From Blastocystis sp. Blastoise (lineage: Eukaryota > Protista > Bigyra: Opalinata): a stretch of 64,000 nt of DNA. Of this stretch, positions 32,775 to 48,559 are shown piece by piece. Below the pieces are notes generated by a model, which worked only from the letters and a program-made list of their open reading frames with translations, had not been told where the DNA came from and searched no databases. The stretch covers positions 124,001 through 188,000 of the forward strand of contig JBBPEB010000017.1 of the NCBI GenBank assembly GCA_039096225.1, read 5' to 3'. A program made the position numbers and the translations under genes. Position 1 is the stretch's first letter. The number at the start of each line of letters is the position of its first letter.

Positions 32775-34646
32775 ATGCCAAAATCGAAACAATCAGCTAA
32801 AAAAACAATTATTTCTCGAAAATATGCTAATATGTTGTGTTGTGCAATTATATTTGTGTGTATCTGCATTTGTGCATGGGTTCTTATATGCATTCTTCCT
32901 ATATATACAATATCCAACCGAACAGTTTTAATCAATTCGTATTTCTCTTAGTAATACATAAGAATATCTGTATTATATAGGTATAATTCAAAGATAAATG
33001 AATGGAAGACGATCAAAGACAATTTCTCGGATACTTCTTTTGCGTTGTCACACTTTGGACGCAGTACAAATTTGAAATCTATCAGTGATACTGAAGGTGA
33101 ATTGTGGCCAGTTCACGATACATGCAATAAAAATTACGATCCTCCAATTGGATGTCTTTCAGAAGAAGAAATTTTCTTTTCAGCTTCCATTAACTCAACG
33201 AATACAACCATCTTCTTTGAAATCATCGTAGGAAACAATCTAAACACTATAAAGTATTCTATAGATGAATATCAAAGGGTGGAATTGAATGATTCTCAAA
33301 TTGGTTGCTTATCGTCAAAGTATTTTATATTTTAGTTTTTTACTTATTTCACTCTATTTGTTGAATAATCTATATATAGTGTTAGTTGTTCTGAAATCTG
33401 CTCCTTTTATGGAGGTCATTACTTTGAGAATTCAACGTGTATCATCAATGGATATATCGATTCTCTATGTTTAAAAATATCAAATGATATTCAAGGAAAT
33501 TATAGATTAGATACATCACATTATACTGGTGTAGGTTGTTATCCGACAGAAACTGGAAGTAATTTACCATTTCATGTTCTTCCTATTAAACAAGATATTA
33601 TAAACATTAGTGTATGCTTTATATTATTATTTCTTCATGTTTCATATTTCTTTTAATACTATTTTATATTTTTGTAATGTTTGTATTTATAATATGTATG
33701 TATATAATATATATATATATATAATATATATAGATACGTCATTATTTAGATCCATATATATCTGCGAATTATTATACAAATTATTGTTCTTCTATTCGAA
33801 CTGATGATACAAAGTATTATATATATATATATATTATTCTATCTATTATTATATATATAATACATATGAATAAAATAATTAAATTAATACTAATTCATAT
33901 TCTATAAATATATAGTTGTTTTGGAGAAATCGTTGGATCTACACAGTATACTGACCAAGGACGCGTCATCTTCCCTACAGCTACAATCTTCTTAGTACTT
34001 GTATATATATACATTTAATTCTATTTCTATTACAAATCTATATTATATATTCTATATATATATTTGACAAAAGTGTAATTTTATTTATTTACTGTACTAT
34101 ATATATAGTTTATAATATTAGGGATGTATGTATATTCAAAAGATAATCCAGATTTAAAATCTATACCTTCTCCTCCTTCTCACAGAGATTCCCGCGGTTC
34201 TTCTGATATTCGTACTGCTAATATAGAATTAGGAACAGTATCAAATCAACAACGTATATATTTTTATTCTGAATTTTATTATTATGCACATGTTTCTTAA
34301 TATATATTGTTTTCAATATATATATATATATTTTCAATATTTTTTATATAATTTTATATTTCCAATATATATATATATATATTTATATATTTTCTATATA
34401 TTTTCTATATTTTTTCTATATTTTTTCTATATTTTTTCTATATATTTTCTTAATATTTTCTTATCCTTTTATATATAAATATTATTATATATTTAACCTG
34501 CCATAACAACTATATCTATTCCCCTATATATATATATAGATACTAAAACAAATACAAGTCATAAAAATGCTTTAAATAACCGTGAAAAACAAACATATAT
34601 TGATACATTATCTCCATTATCTCCTGTTTCTCCTATATCCCCGTGA
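32775..34646 (+). CDS. Uncharacterised two-TM protein (paralogue B, tandem duplicate)
   Basis: WPVHDTC...DPPIGC, CSFYGG, GYIDSLCL, IRHYLDPYISANYY; ends SPISP-TGA. Confidence 0.75.
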
Positions 34647-36029
34647 TTATTATTCAATATATCACGATAATTTTTTTTATACATTTATATATATGCTTTT
34701 GTTTTTTGTATACTATTATTATGAGAAACATATATATACGAAAGTCCCTAGTTATTTTTTTTAAATGTGTATTTATGTTTTTCTGTATTCTATATATTAT
34801 TATTATTATCTATCATTTATGTAGATCTTTTTTGTTTTCTGTATTCATTTTTTAAATAATTATTTATCAGCCATATTCAATAATATGTATCCATATTTTT
34901 GTAAGTAGCTTTGTTCTTTTTTATAATTCATGAATATAGTATTGAACTATATAATAATATATCTTATAGTTAAAATAGTTTTCTTTTAAAAACAAACCTT
35001 CTATATAACCAAAATATAATAAATATATATCTAAAAAATACAACTCTGAAGAATAGGTTTTTTCTATTAAATATTTATAAAAAAGTATTATCATTAAAGG
35101 ACAACTTATTTTATATTACTCATCTTTTACTCACTAAACAAATATAAATCAAATTTATAATAACTATAAATAACATTTCAATTGTGTGTTCATATGATAT
35201 TCAAACATAATATCCGTCATAAGTACACTGAAATAATGGACCAGAACTACTAGATCATGAAGCAATAACTAATTAGCTATTAGACTGCCTGTATAAAGTA
35301 TGTAAATAAAAAACAAGCTTATTAACGCAAACTTCGTTACGATTCACATGATTAAGCATAGAAAAATAACTTTAAAAACATCAAACTATATATTTAGTAA
35401 TCTAGAAAACACTATTTAGATTCCATATAACCACACATTCCATAGTGTTTTCATTTAATAAGAACAGAGACCTTCAGAACATCAATTCGCTTGCTTTATA
35501 TCATACTATTCTTGTTACCTATATCAAAATGAATCAAACAATCATGAATAAACAATAAAAATCTTGAAAATATATTTTCATGGGAATATGATTGATCAAC
35601 AGTCATTTTCACATTATTCGACATTGTTTTTATTCAGTTCTCAAGAATCTTTCAACAAAAACAAAAGAATTCTAAGTTTTGGCGGGATTCAAATATAAAT
35701 TCATAGCCATTCATTCTATATTTGTTAGGAGTTGTCATTTGATGTTTTTCTGACAATGAGCCAATCATTCTCATAATAAAACACAATCACATTTATTAAA
35801 GTTTCTCCACTGGATGTTAAAAAAAATATTTTTAAAAAGAAAAATGACACTTAATGTATTCAGATTTGTGGGATTTGACTTTTTGTTCTGAGATTTTTTC
35901 TCTATTTCTCTAGGGATTTTTATTTGCTTTTTTGATCAATTCGTAAAGTCTCTTGCATCGATTGTAAGAGTTTATTTGTTATTGTTTTAATACAACATAT
36001 TATACTCAAATCAATCTCTCTTGAAATAC

Positions 36030-38243
36030 ATGGTTATCAAGTTATTTATTTATTTTTTCTTTTTTGCATTCATTGATGCTTCTATTTGTGGTCGTAAATT
36101 CTGTCGGGACTGTGTCAAAGCATCCGATTACGTAGATGGATGGAATGGATCATTCACTGATCTACCAGCATTAAACTGTTCTTACTATCTTGGAAATGAC
36201 TGGAAAACAGTTCCTGCGAAGTCTATTGATGATTATGGGAACTATATCTCACCTTCTACATTTGACATGTATTTTTCTACTTCAAATAATATATATTAAT
36301 ACTTTGTTTTGTATTGTAGATACAAAGAATATAATGAATGGTATTTGGAATATGGAACGAAAGCTTCAAGTGAATGTATTGAAGCAACAAAGAAATTATA
36401 TTGTATGAATCAATATCCTCCTTGCGAATCTTCTAAAAATTATGCTCTCTATCCCTGTAACGATACGTGCATAGAATATCATGAAATCTGCAAAGATTCT
36501 TCTTCTCCTGCATGTCCAATTGATCAATTGATTCATTCTAAAATAATTAATAATAATAATAATCAATATAACAATGACGCACAAGCTTCTTGCTACTATT
36601 CCAACTATACAATTGAACCTGCAAAATGCCTTTTTAATCCTTTTACTTGTCAAAATGGCGGGAAATATCATCCTGAATGTACAAGAGTATGCTTATATTT
36701 TATAATAATTATTTTTTATTTATTTATTATTAAGTGAATCTATATGTAATGTTTATTGTATAGTTATATATATATTTATATTATTTTTATTAATATATTT
36801 ATATATTTTTATTATTTAATATATATAGTTGAGTATTTTTATTATTTAATTTATATATATGGTTATATATATATTTTTTGCTTTATATATATATATAGTG
36901 TGTTTGCCCTAGTAATCGAGGAGGTTTATTTTGTGACGAATGCAAATCAAATGAACAGTGTAATTCTAAAACACGTATTTTTATATTTATTTATATATTT
37001 ATTTATATATTTATATATTTTTTTTTGATTATTTTTTATATATTTATTTATATATTTATATGTTTATTTATATATAATTATTAAAAATAATAGCGTTCAG
37101 TATTAATATATATAAATATTATTATATATATATATATAGAAATGGATACTACTGAACAGACACAAGTATATATATATATATATATATATATAATCTATAT
37201 ATAGGTCTGTTATACTCAACCTTATTTCGTCCATCCAGATATTCATGAGCTCACGTGCTATGCGACACAATTAGGATTAGTATATAATCTTTTTGGAGAA
37301 ACAACTATTCGAGTAAAACATTATAATCAAACAATCTCTCTCGATTTATATATATCCTTATTTATATATATTTATTTATACATTTAATGTATAATCATTA
37401 TTTATTATTAACAGTAATAATCAATTTATTATATGTGTTCCATAATCCCTCACTCGTCACATGCAGGACAAGGATCTCCACTCATTCTTAGTTGCGATTA
37501 TAAAAATTGTCAAGTATTTATATATAAATAATATAATATATAATATATATAGTATATAATATATAATATAATATAACTAATATAATATATAATATTTATA
37601 GTATATAATATATAATAAAATAATATATATATTATATATATATATATATAGACACTTAGTTCTCTTCAATGTTCTCAATATATATCTGATGGTACCACGT
37701 GCAAGAAGTGTTCTGAAGGATTATGTCACGTGTATAATGATACTTATTGGGGGATTGAATCTAAAGGCCCCATATTCAGTTTATTTAGAAATATAAATAG
37801 TACTTCAATATTTGGATGTTTTGATAATGAACAATGTATTTGGATGCAAGTATATTATATATATATATATATAATATTTGTTTTTCTTTTTTTGTTTATT
37901 CTTTATATATATATATATATATATATAGAAGGATTTATTTAGTCAAGACATGGTATGTTCTACCGGCACGTGCGTTGTAACAGAAAATGATAACGGAAAA
38001 CCTGTATATATTCATTATTTATATATACTTCTGTTTATCATTCCAATTATTATCTTCGCTTTTGTTATTTATTTCACAAAACCCGCCAATAAACCCGCGC
38101 CAAAACCTATCAATGGAATGGTCTTTAAAAGGTATATATATATGTTGGTTTATAATACTATTAATAATATATATATATGTTTTCTTGTATTATATGTATA
38201 TGTTGGTTTATAATACTGTTAATATAATATATATGTTTTCTTG

Positions 38244-38304
<61 letters not shown>

Positions 38305-38659
38305 TATAATACTATTAATAATATATATATATATATATAGACCAGTAGTAGCTGATTATAAGGGAATGCCACGTATAAATGAAGAATTGGGTGAAGATAC
38401 TATAGCTATTCCTAAAGAAGAATATTCAACACTTGTTGTATATATATATATATAATAGAAATATTCATTAATATATATATTAATATATACATTAATAAAT
38501 ATTTATAGAGAAATATTAATTATTATATATATATAGGAGATATATTGGTCAGATATTGATTTATATGTAGAGAATAATATTATATTCAGTTGTAATGCGG
38601 GCACAATGTCAAATCAGGGAATTAATGCAATTCTAGGGCCAAAACGTATTATATTCATG

Positions 38660-38695
<36 letters not shown>

Positions 38696-39179
38696 CTTAT
38701 TATTATTATATATAGAGGAAACATTGACATTATTCTTAAGATGTTTATCAGGTCAATATGTATTTAATTCCCGCGGTTATGTGGAGAAAGGATTCCGTTA
38801 TAGTGGTAATATGAGAGCACGTGCTAACGGTAAGGTATATATCGCTAGTGAATTAGTAACGTCAAAAACAGTCAATCAACTTGTTGCTTTTATTGGAAAA
38901 GATTGTGAATTATGTATGGCAATGACCGTTAAAGAAATATTGGAATACAATCTCATGCAGACCAATCTTCCTAAAGATAATAAGAAGGATACAGAGGATC
39001 GTATATATGGTTATTTAAAAGAATTAGGATTAGAAGAATATAAGAATTATGTTATTCAAGATGTACCTTATCAACAACGTGTTATATTAAGGTATTTATA
39101 TATATATATATTATATATTATATATTATATATTATTATTATTATATATTTATATATATTATTCTTAACTATAATCTCAA

Positions 39180-39217
<38 letters not shown>

Positions 39218-39596
39218 TGGATTAGAAGTTATGTTAAATAAGCACGTGATTCTTATTGATGACGCACTCACATCTTTCTCTCCAGATTGTTTTTCATTTA
39301 TTATGAATTATCTATACAAGTTAACAATGAATGGAATAATCGTGGGAATTACATTTAATACTCTTCCTGCTTGTAGTCTCTCTTGCTGTCCTAATGTATA
39401 TACTAATAATAATAATAATAATAATATATAATAATATATAATAATATTTAATACTAATATAAACAATATCTCTAGTATTTGTGTCTCAGTAGTGTTTCGG
39501 GCCCTGTTTGTTGGGGTACATATTCTTTCCTTCATACCCTATTATATAAATTAAAATATATTCAAAAAGATGATGATAGTATTGACAAAATATTCT

Positions 39597-39678
<82 letters not shown>

Positions 39679-41968
39679 TGAATCGTTTGGATGATATTCA
39701 ATTAGATTATATATTTATGAACTTTAAACAAACAGTCAAGTATTTATATTACTATATATATTTATATAACATAATATATATACCATAATAGATATAACTA
39801 TATATATAACTATATATATATAGTTATCATACAACAATAAATGCACTTCGTATTATGGATACGGATCACGTGCCATTGTACAATTATACATCTGAAGATT
39901 CGATCACCGCACCCTTCTTAGAAGATACAGATAATCACGGGGATAACAGTAGTTTACAACATTTATTCCAAACTCATCGTATTCCAAGTTTATCTTATTT
40001 ATTATCTCCACAAGTAGATTTATATATAAATACTATTAAGAAAAGTAGTTGGTCTTGTTTCTCAAGTATATTTATACGTATAACGAAAGTTATGATTCGA
40101 GAACGAAAATATCTACTTTATCATGTATATATTATTGTTATTATATTTTATTATTATGTTTATTATTATTATGTGTATTATTGTATTTATTATTATTATG
40201 TTTATTATTATTGTTTATTATTATGTTTATTATTATTATGTTTATTATTATGATTATGATTATTATGTTTATTATTATTATACTCTTTAACCCTATATAT
40301 ATAGACTTTGTTGGGTTTATGTAGTGGTATATTATTTGGTCTTCTCTTTTTCCATCTTCAAAATAATCGTAATGGAATTGACTCTAGAAGTAATCTATTC
40401 TATCTTATGGTATATATATATATATATATCTATATATATATCTTGTCTAGATTTAAAATATTATATATATATCTTCTAATTTTTTTTCATAATTATCTAT
40501 TATATATATAGACAATATTTGTATATTCCACTGGCTTTTCTTCTTCTTCTTGGTTTACAAGTGATATAAGTAGTTATGAACGTGAACATTGGTCTAATCA
40601 ATATTCTACTACTATATATAATCTAGCTTATACTCTTTGTGATTTTATAGCTCTTCGAATGATCCCTAGTCTTGTTTTTGTATATATATAACATAATAAT
40701 AATAATATATATGTATATTATTATAATTTTATTTCTCTATTTTATAATATATATACATATCAAATAATAATCATATATTATAATGATTATTTTTTATATT
40801 TATTATATAGATTATACCTGTGGTATTATTCGCGGGATTATGTCCAGATCCAGTGCTAATGGTCAGTATTCCCAGTGTTTTATTAATGTTCCTTATTCTC
40901 TGCTTATCAAGTACTCTTGCTTCTATCATATACTCTACTATATGTAAATATTTATATATTTCTTCTTTTAATAGATTCTATTATTTATTTATTTATTTAT
41001 TATAATATATATATAAATTATTATTATTAATATACATAGATCTATATACACATTACGATCCTAAAATAGATCCTCGTACTCAGTACAATTATTATATGGA
41101 AACAGTACTCACATTTTTTAATATGCTTCTTTTCTCTAATTATAATAGTTCAACTATTTTTAGAGTATATATATTTTTATTTTTAATTATTATATTATAT
41201 TTAGTTTATATACATATATTTTTAATTATTATATTATATTTAGTTTATATATATTTATTTATTTAATTAATATATTATATTTAGTTTATATATACAGATA
41301 AACTCTCTCTATATATATATAGACAGTTCTTACATTTATTGCACCCCCTCTTTTAACATACAGATCCCTCATGATTACAGAATTATCCAATCAAATGTTT
41401 TATGTACATATTATAGGGAACGAAGGAGCATCTGCATTGATTTCAGGAGAAATGATTTTATCAGAAGTATACATATATATATAAACTTATATATATAAAA
41501 TAAATATATATAAACTTATATATATAAACTTATATATATAAACATATATATATAAACATATATATAATTTATCATGATTACATCAATTTATATCCTATTT
41601 CATTCTATACTAGTCTTTATATATATTTTAAATCAAAATATCTTATTCCCGTGCTTATTTAGACTCAGATAGGATTACCTAATGAAATAGCTTGGTATAT
41701 ATTAGATATAAGTATATGGATACTATTCTTTTGTTTTATTCGCGAACGATTACTTTCTGCTATTCATATTCATAATATTTGGAAAGATAGAAGAATGTGT
41801 TGTTGTGTGCCTCATATTGAAAATAAAGATATTTATGAAGAAAAAATAATTGATAGAAATAGTGATATTTTATCGATTGGTGAAAGTGATATTGAACGCG
41901 TCGAAGATGATTCTGTTCCTATTAGTAGCAGCGTCATCAATGAAACTCATCGATTAGGATCTCTTTAA
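36030..41968 (+). CDS. ABCG/ADP1-like half transporter with a Cys-rich (Frizzled-CRD-like plus EGF-like) ectodomain and a degenerate NBD
   Basis: Signal peptide; CIEATKKLYC...YPPC...PCNDTCIEYHEIC; TCQNGG...CVCP...GLFCDEC; TM; NBD remnants (AMTVKEILEY, LKELGLEEY, VILIDD); ABC2 membrane domain (GILFGLLFFHL, SRSNLF, YEREH). Confidence 0.8.
37352..37453 (+). other. U12-type AT-AC intron in the ABCG-like gene
   Basis: Donor ATATCCTTA, branch TTCCATAAT, end CCCTCAC. Removal keeps frame (LDLY-SSHAGQG) with the downstream exons. Confidence 0.87.
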
Positions 41969-42898
41969 TATATATATATAGTTATAATAAATATACCTTT
42001 TATATTATTATATATTCTTATTCTATTGTATATTCTTTATTAATGTATATTTAAATATAACTCTATTTTTTTGTTCACTGTTTATTTTATTCATATATTT
42101 GAATAATTCATTATTTTTTTATACTATATTTTTATTATAATCTATTTTATTATCGTATATAATATATTTTTCTTCTCATTGTTCTTTGTTATACATTTAT
42201 ATATATATACATTCATATTGGGATTTCATATAAATTGTTTTGTTTTATAGTAGTATTTGTTTTGTTATGTATATATATATGAATTTTCTTATTATTTTTG
42301 GTTTCATTCAAAATAATACTATGTTTCTTATGTAATAAATACTTATCTTAATTCATATAAAAAACAATTATCGTAATCCATTCACTATAAACAACCACTC
42401 ACAAATTATATATAGAATAACTAATTATATTGGTCATAACATACTTTTTTAAAACTATAATTGAATAATTATGCATTAATAATCAATATATTCAAAGAAT
42501 ATGGTAACTCTTGTCTCAATACAACTAAAATATAATTTTATACAAACTTGATATCTTTCATTATGTAAAAATAAATAAAAATTTCAAAAACAACAAAAAT
42601 TCACTATAAAAATTGTTTAACTACAAACACAAAAATAAAAAGAACCTAATTATATATCACTTTTCCATAAAATATAGTTAATATATATATAATTATTCTA
42701 GTTTGTTTTCAGACAAATTATTTATTTGTTCGAACAAATAAATTCTAATTTAGCTATTCTAAAGTCATTCTCTGTATGATTTAATTTATTCCAGTTCAAA
42801 TACAATAATTATCTAAGATTGTAATTCGTGTGTAAAAAAATAGCTAGTGTTTTAGAATAAAACGAATATATTACTAAATACTACTTTGCTTATAAGAA

Positions 42899-42947
42899 AA
42901 ATGATTGGATAAGAGCCTCGATTTTGCCAATCATATATTCAAAAATT
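42899..42947 (+). promoter_or_regulatory. Conserved upstream module with inverted CCAAT boxes (copy 2)
   Basis: ATGATTGG-N18-CCAATCAT, about 125 bp upstream of the ATG at 43073. Confidence 0.55.
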
Positions 42948-43072
42948 GAAATAGCGATTCCTTTGTTTATTCTATATTATTATATAACAATTCTAGTAAA
43001 AAAATTGGGTAAAAATTTTCCTTTATATATTTTTTTCAAATTCATTTTGTTTTTTTTTAAATAAAAATTGAA

Positions 43073-45192
43073 ATGTTTTTGAACTTTTTAGCACCAAAGC
43101 CAGTGAATCAATACCCTTTGTTTGCTGCTAATTATGCTGTTTTCTTTGGAGATGATGAGAAATTATGTTCTAGTATTTCTGTGGAAAGACTAACAAATTG
43201 TTGGAAGGATAGTCTTTTCTATAAGAATTGGTTAGAGAGAGTTGATACTAATAATAATAAAGTATATGTTGGAAAGAATGATCGAAATCTAAATTTGATT
43301 TTTGATCATATGAATGGAAGAACAATTTGTATTGAAGGAAAATCAAAGCAAGAACTTGAAGAATTGAAAGAAGACTTTGAATCTTTTAGTGTAACAGTTC
43401 CTGAAAAATTATTGAAGACCTTGAATGCTTTTTCTGTTGAAAATGATGATTCTAAAAGTGATGTAGATGGCACAAAGATTATGAAGAATGAAAGTATGGA
43501 TATGAATGAAATTATGGCTACATTACTAAAGAATTCTTCTCAAATGCTTAATAAAGTAAATACTATAGAGAATGAAATTCGTGAACTTCGAGAAGACCAG
43601 AATGAATTGAAGAAAGTTATTAAAGATCATGATGATTCTATTCATCTACTTAAAAATGGTTTAAGGTTAGTTGAAAATGGAAAAGATTTTGAAACGAATT
43701 ATATATCTCTTACTAAACAGGATATGAATCAATATAACAATATTCAAAATGGTATTAACCAAATAGCTGAAGATAATGGTATATTAAAATACGGTGTTAG
43801 TCAGATAAAAGAATATGTTGAAATGCTTTTATCTCGTAATATATTATATAATGGAAATAATAATAATAAATATAACGATAATATAAAAGATGCTTCTAAT
43901 AATAGAGACAAAGAAGAAATATTAAATCAAATTGAATCTAATAGTACTTCAGAATCATCTGTTTCAAATGAAAATAGTTATATAAGTAGTTCCAAACATT
44001 ATTTTGTTTCTAGAAATACAAATTTTATAGATAGTATTATTTTGAATGGAAATAATAATTATATAAATGCTCTTAATTTTTGGTTCGGAAAAGAAAAGAT
44101 ATGGAAATTAGTATTTAGGTATATATATATACATTATAATATAACTTTTTACATTATTATTAATATTATATATATATAGAGCAAGTGAACATGAATATAA
44201 AGCTAGTGAATTCCATAAATATTGTGATCATAAATGTCCTACTGTAACTATTATTAAACATATAGGTCATGATAATAAGATTAATATATTTGGAGGATAT
44301 ACTACTCAATATTGGGAATCTAGAACTGATGATTGTATATATATGTTATTATTATTTTTTTTATAATAATATATTTTATATACTTTTTTATAATAATATA
44401 TAAAATATATTATATACAATTTTTTAATAATATATGCAAATATATTATATACAATTTTTTAATAATATATAAAATATATTATATACAATTTTTTAATAAT
44501 ATATAAACAATTCACTTCTATAGATAATAAATATGATTGTGGATCTTTCATATTTACCTTAAATAATGAATATAATATTCTTCCTACTAAATATGATATA
44601 CTCGACCCTAATAATGCATTGCACTGTGATATAAATAATGGTCCTGATTTTAATGATATATGTATTTCTGATGATTGTCATAATAACAGTAATAGTTATA
44701 TTAATGGCAAAACTGTTACATATACTCATAGTATTATTCCTCAATTTCGTTCTTTATTTGTGAATACAGCTGGACCAAAACAAAAGAATTCTTTTATTGT
44801 TGATGACTATGAAGTATATGAATTAATCCCAGATTATGATTTATATTTACCACTTTCAATTCTTATTACTAAAGAAATGGGTATACAATTAAGTAAATGG
44901 TTTAACGTAAATAAGGAATGGAAATTATTATATAGGTAATGTTATATTATATTATTATTATATTATATTATAATATGCTTTATATAAAAATTACTATTAT
45001 TATATATAGATGTTCTGATGAGAATAGAAGTGTAAAGAAATGGCATGAGAAATGTGATGATAAAGAATCATTAGTGATTATTGAAGGAAAAGGAAAAAAT
45101 AGTCAATCGTATATATTCGGAGGATATACTAGTGTTGGTTGGGGAAAGAATCATAGTGATATGGAAAATTCACTTAGAAGTATATACTTTTA

Positions 45193-45254
<62 letters not shown>

Positions 45255-45654
45255 TTATTATTATTATTATTATTATTAATATATATATATATTCTTATTA
45301 ATATATATAGAAGGTACAGGCTATAGAATAGATTCAAAAGCCTTTTTATTTTCATTAACAAATCCTCATGGACATAATTATACTAAATTAAATATTAATC
45401 CTAAATTTCAAAATAATGCGTTAATTAGTAACAATCCAAAATTTGAGCTTGCATTCTGTAGTAGTATGTTTTTAACAACTGATATTGATAAAGATCAATT
45501 TGTAAATGGCAATATGGAGTTTTTAGATTCACAGAATCCAGTTTATTTTTCTCCTTATTCTGAACTAGGAAACAGTTTCTTTGTTAATACTAATACAACA
45601 GATAGAATGAATGAATTTGATTTAATTGATTTTGAAATATTCACCAGCAATTAA
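43073..45654 (+). CDS. BTB-like domain, coiled coil and two TLDc domains; 5 exons
   Basis: N-terminal WKDSLF...LIFDHM...EDFESF; coiled coil; WKLVFRASEH...FHKYCD...TVTIIK...IFGGYT; second WKLLYRCS...WHEKCDDK...IFGGYTSVGW...DSKAFLFSLTNPHG. Confidence 0.85.
44385..44505. repeat. Intronic minisatellite, about 33-35 bp unit, about 3.5 copies
   Basis: Repeated TTTTTTAATAATATATAAAATATATTATATACAA. Confidence 0.75.
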
Positions 45655-46201
45655 TAAAAGAATTTTTTTTGATTGTTTTCTATTGTTTATTGTTGCTTTT
45701 TTCATTTAACAAGATTTATTGATCTTTTCTAAATAATTAATTATGTTTTTGCTATACAAAATCTCATATATAGTATCTTTTAACTATTATTTACCTTATT
45801 ATCATTTATTTATATGTAATCATTATTCGTATCAACTTGCTTTATTATGAAAAATTATTTTACATGCATTTGTTTATGTTAAATTCAATTAGAATCAACA
45901 AATCATGAATGAAAGAGTATAAAAGAGTCATTTAATTATTTGTTTAAAAAAAACACCAAAAATAACTCCTGTTTGAAAATTCCCATGAAAATATGCCAAA
46001 AAAGAGTTTTTCAGCTTATCTGAATTTTGTATCGATTAATGAACAGTCTAACTATTATTAATCTGAAAATGATTCAGTTTATATGAAAAAGCAATAAAAA
46101 CTTTTTAACGATAAATAATGGTTTATTATTAGTATATAACGTAATAAATATATATGTATATTTCATTTTATATTGTATAGTTTATTATTTAGTTATAGGA
46201 C

Positions 46202-47942
46202 ATGCCAAACGACATAAATAACGTGGAAAGTTTGCCGAAATTACAAGAAAAACGAGCTCCTGGAAATTCTATTGAATCTAATAAACGTCAAAAGGCAAAC
46301 ATAGATTTCAATTTCCAAGATGAAACAAGAATAAGTGTACCATTACAGTTTTTAAAGAAATTCCCAAAATCATTATTATCCATAACTATTGAAAATCAGA
46401 ATAATTACATGGAATCTGAGGATACTTATTATATAGATTCTCCATCGTTTTCAATAAAGAATACAATTTTATTTATGGAAGATGTAATTACTCTTGACTC
46501 GTTAACAGTAAATGAAGTTTTTGATGTTTATGATACAATAAAATATTTGTTTGATGATGAAGCTATTGAATATATTGTGAAAATAGAAGAATATAAAGAA
46601 GAAACCATAAAAGAATTTAAAATAAATTATTGTTATGAGTATGAGAGTATTTATTTGTTTATTATTATTATTATTATTATTATCATATATAGTGATGAAG
46701 ATAATTATGATAAATATAATGATGAAAATAAAATTATAATTAAAGGTATAAAATTAATTATCTAAATACATATACATATATATATTATAGGTTTTTTAAC
46801 TCCAGAAAAAAATTCAGTGTTTCTTCAATATTCGCGATTATTTGATATGTGTAATATAACAAAAGTTATTTTATTGTGTATATATATATATTAATTAGGT
46901 TATATATATATATAGTTGATTTCTCTGAAGATATTCCTTATGAATATATATATCCTTCTAATCTACATGTTATCTTTCCTAAATTAGAAATATTTGAAAT
47001 GAAAAGTATAAAGAAATTAAATATATATATATATAATATTCAATTTTTTTTTATTTATAAAATTCACAATATTAGTTTATGTATATATATTATATATATA
47101 GTTGGCTATTATAGAAAAGAGATATCAATTCGAATACCATCTTCCAATTGTCATTATTTATTTTTATATAAAGAATATAATAATATACAAGAACATTCTA
47201 TTTCTAAATGTAATTTATTTATAAATGATGAAATAAAAGGTGTTTATCCATATGATGAAGATTATGAAATAACTACAAATAACCCTGAAGATAGTCGTCT
47301 TATTAATGACAAAACTATTAGAATTAATAATAATAATAATAATAATAAAAATATTCGTGATGATATAGAAACAACAGAACAAGAAAATGATGAAGAAAAA
47401 CCAGATTTATTTGTACACAACATTTTTGAATATTCCCGTGAATATAATGAAGAACAAATGAAGTTAGAACAACTAGGAGATAATCATAAAGAAAAAACAT
47501 TTAGTTTATTTACATTTACATATAATCATAATAATGAAAGTATATATATATATATATTAATAAATGCTTTTCTTATTATATTATATTGTATGTATAACAT
47601 ACATATATATAGTTAAAGATTTGAAACATCCTATATTAAAGTAAATATATATATATATATTTAACATATATATATAAAGGCAATCATATACAATGTGTTA
47701 TGATATATTAAAATATATATTAAATATACCAATATGTAAAAATATTAAAGAAATCGATACAGAATGTATATATATATGAAGTATGCTATTTTTAATAATA
47801 ATATAAATAGGTCATTCAAGATCAATGAAACAGTTATATATACCTCCATTATTAAAAGTATTAAAAGAAGGATTTTTAGATAATCTAGAATCAATTGATA
47901 TTATGAATTGTATATATAATATAATAATAATAATATTATGAC

Positions 47943-47996
<54 letters not shown>

Positions 47997-48463
47997 TGAT
48001 ATATATATAATAATAATATGATATATATATAATATTATTATATATATAGTTATAAGGCGTATAATTCCAGAATATATACAATTATTTAAAGATATTTTAA
48101 CTACTCATGTTTTTCCTAACATTACAACTTTAGAGATAAAAAGTATATATATATATATGTAACTCTTTTTATTATTATTATTATTATATATATAGAATAT
48201 CCAGTTAATGATTTTGATATGTTTATACTTAAAGATATATTATTATTTATTACAAAAGAACATTTTCCAAAGTTACATATATATAATATTCATAATTGTT
48301 TTAGAAATAGTCTATTTTTAGAAACAATTCATGTTTTATTTCCTATATCTCTGTTAAATATAATTGATACTATATATACTGATTGTAATAGTTATACATT
48401 TGGTATACCTATAAATTTACGAATGGTTGAAAATCTTATGAATACAAAAGATATACATGTTGA

Positions 48464-48559
<96 letters not shown>

